Source: a virus
Lineage: Duplodnaviria > Heunggongvirae > Uroviricota > Caudoviricetes
Length of the DNA stretch: 17,695 nucleotides
IMG/VR virus record: IMGVR_UViG_2562617151_000007
Location: 1 to 17,695 of that record
Reading direction: 5' to 3' (one strand)
This document shows positions 17,088 through 17,695 of the stretch, piece after piece. Position 1 is the first letter of the stretch, and each line of letters begins with the position of its first letter. A program made the translations under genes and the position numbers. A model generated the notes under the pieces. It searched no databases. It saw nothing but the letters and a program-made list of their open reading frames with translations, and was not told the origin of the DNA.

Positions 17088-17183
17088 AAGCGAAGCTTAT
17101 ACATATCTTTTACATCAGCAATCTATTGTTAATCTCCAATCAATGTTACGTTGTCATCTCACTCATGCTTTGGAGGTAGTGAT

Positions 17184-17363
17184 ATGTCTTGTCCAAAATG
17201 CGGTTCTGGAAATATTGCAAAAGAAAAAACAATGCGTGGATGGTCTGGTGATTATGTGTGCTGCGATTGCGGATACAACGACTCTAAAGACGCATTTGGA
17301 GAGCGTGGTAAAAACGAGTTTGTTAAAATTAATAAAGAACGCGAAGGCAACGAAAAAAGCTAA
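17184..17363 (+). CDS. Zinc-ribbon small protein (59 aa)
   Basis: ATG 7 nt after GGAGG. Two Cys pairs (CPKCGSG ... CCDCG) form a zinc-ribbon pattern. Followed by a terminator. Confidence 0.5.
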   Translation: MSCPKCGSGNIAKEKTMRGWSGDYVCCDCGYNDSKDAFGERGKNEFVKINKEREGNEKS

Positions 17364-17428
17364 TTTATTTATTCATATATGAAAACAATGTAACCAATAT
17401 TCGAATTGAAGAACTGAAAGAACACCAA

Positions 17429-17450
17429 GCCGCCTGATGGCGGTTTTTTA
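17429..17450 (+). terminator. Rho-independent terminator
   Basis: GCCGCC-TGAT-GGCGG followed by TTTTTTA, downstream of the zinc-ribbon ORF and upstream of the excisionase gene. Confidence 0.6.
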
Positions 17451-17459
17451 TTACCTGAT

Positions 17460-17475
17460 TTGCAGGTTCGATTCC
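17460..17475 (+). other. tRNA-derived 16-nt fragment (T-arm-like TTGCAGGTTCGATTCC), possible att-related remnant
   Basis: Contains the canonical tRNA T-loop GGTTCGATTCC, but the following bases (CTATT) cannot pair to close a T-stem, so it is not a functional tRNA. Recalled as identical to part of the argW T-arm. Confidence 0.4.
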
Positions 17476-17494
17476 CTATTCGGAGATAGCACTC

Positions 17495-17695
17495 ATGCAA
17501 CACGAACTACAGCCTGATTCACTGGTTGATTTGAAATTCATCATGGCCGATACTGGCTTCGGTAAAACCTTCATCTATGACCGGATTAAGTCCGGCGACC
17601 TGCCAAAAGCCAAAGTTATCCACGGGCGAGCAAGATGGTTATATCGTGACCATTGTGAATTCAAAAATAAGCTCTTAAGCCGCGCCAATGGGTAA
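17495..17695 (+). CDS. torI: Excisionase / recombination directionality factor, TorI-like (winged-helix, AlpA/Xis family)
   Basis: 66-aa ORF MQHELQPDSLVDLKFIMADTGFGKTFIYDRIKSGDLPKAKVIHGRARWLYRDHCEFKNKLLSRANG, recalled as near-identical to E. coli TorI. At the opposite end of the element from the integrase. Confidence 0.8.
   Translation: MQHELQPDSLVDLKFIMADTGFGKTFIYDRIKSGDLPKAKVIHGRARWLYRDHCEFKNKLLSRANG

Noticed and set aside
17143-17382. 79-aa alternative-frame ORF over the zinc-ribbon gene
   Set aside because: The zinc-ribbon frame has the GGAGG RBS and paired Cys motifs; the other frame does not.
17457-17490. Possible tRNA gene, because of the GGTTCGATTCC T-loop
   Set aside because: No T-stem closure, acceptor stem or anticodon arm can be formed; treated as a tRNA-derived fragment only.
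1-17695. Idea that the window is a circularly permuted complete phage genome, since the excisionase ends at the last base and the integrase starts at the first
   Set aside because: No capsid, terminase, portal or lysis genes are present, and an integrase and excisionase at opposite prophage ends is a known arrangement, so an integrated defective prophage cut at gene boundaries is the simpler reading.
1-17695. CRISPR arrays, rRNA genes, IS elements or transposase genes
   Set aside because: No regularly spaced direct repeats, no rRNA-like conserved stretches and no transposase-like ORFs were seen.

Overview
The window reads as one gene-dense temperate-phage element: a P22-like lambdoid prophage of an enterobacterium (E. 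coli/Shigella-like, Sf6/HK620/KplE1 type), with an IntS-like tyrosine integrase starting at base 1 and a TorI-like excisionase ending at the last base. All calls are from reading the ORF translations and DNA motifs by eye; no database search was run, so family names are recalled similarity, and motif coordinates are approximate to a few bases. Left to right it carries: integrase; a hexapeptide-repeat acetyltransferase at the lysogenic-conversion position; a mosaic tailspike; the immI region (ant, arc, mnt) with recognisable Mnt and Arc operator palindromes; two small secreted proteins coupled to mnt; a gp16-like ejection protein; an O-like replication initiator with internal iterons; cII, cro and cI with 15-bp palindromic operators on both sides; a small membrane protein at the rex position; N with matching nutL/nutR; a RecT recombination module; Ea22/DUF551-type early genes; and the excisionase. 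Everything normally lying between O and the last ejection-protein gene (P, nin, Q, lysis, terminase, portal, scaffold, coat, head completion) is absent, so the element is defective. The best candidates for undescribed biology are the cargo loci at three known exclusion hotspots: the mnt-coupled secreted pair, the membrane protein in the cI operon, and the AT-rich ORF plus HNH endonuclease after N. No rRNA, complete tRNA, CRISPR array or IS element was seen.
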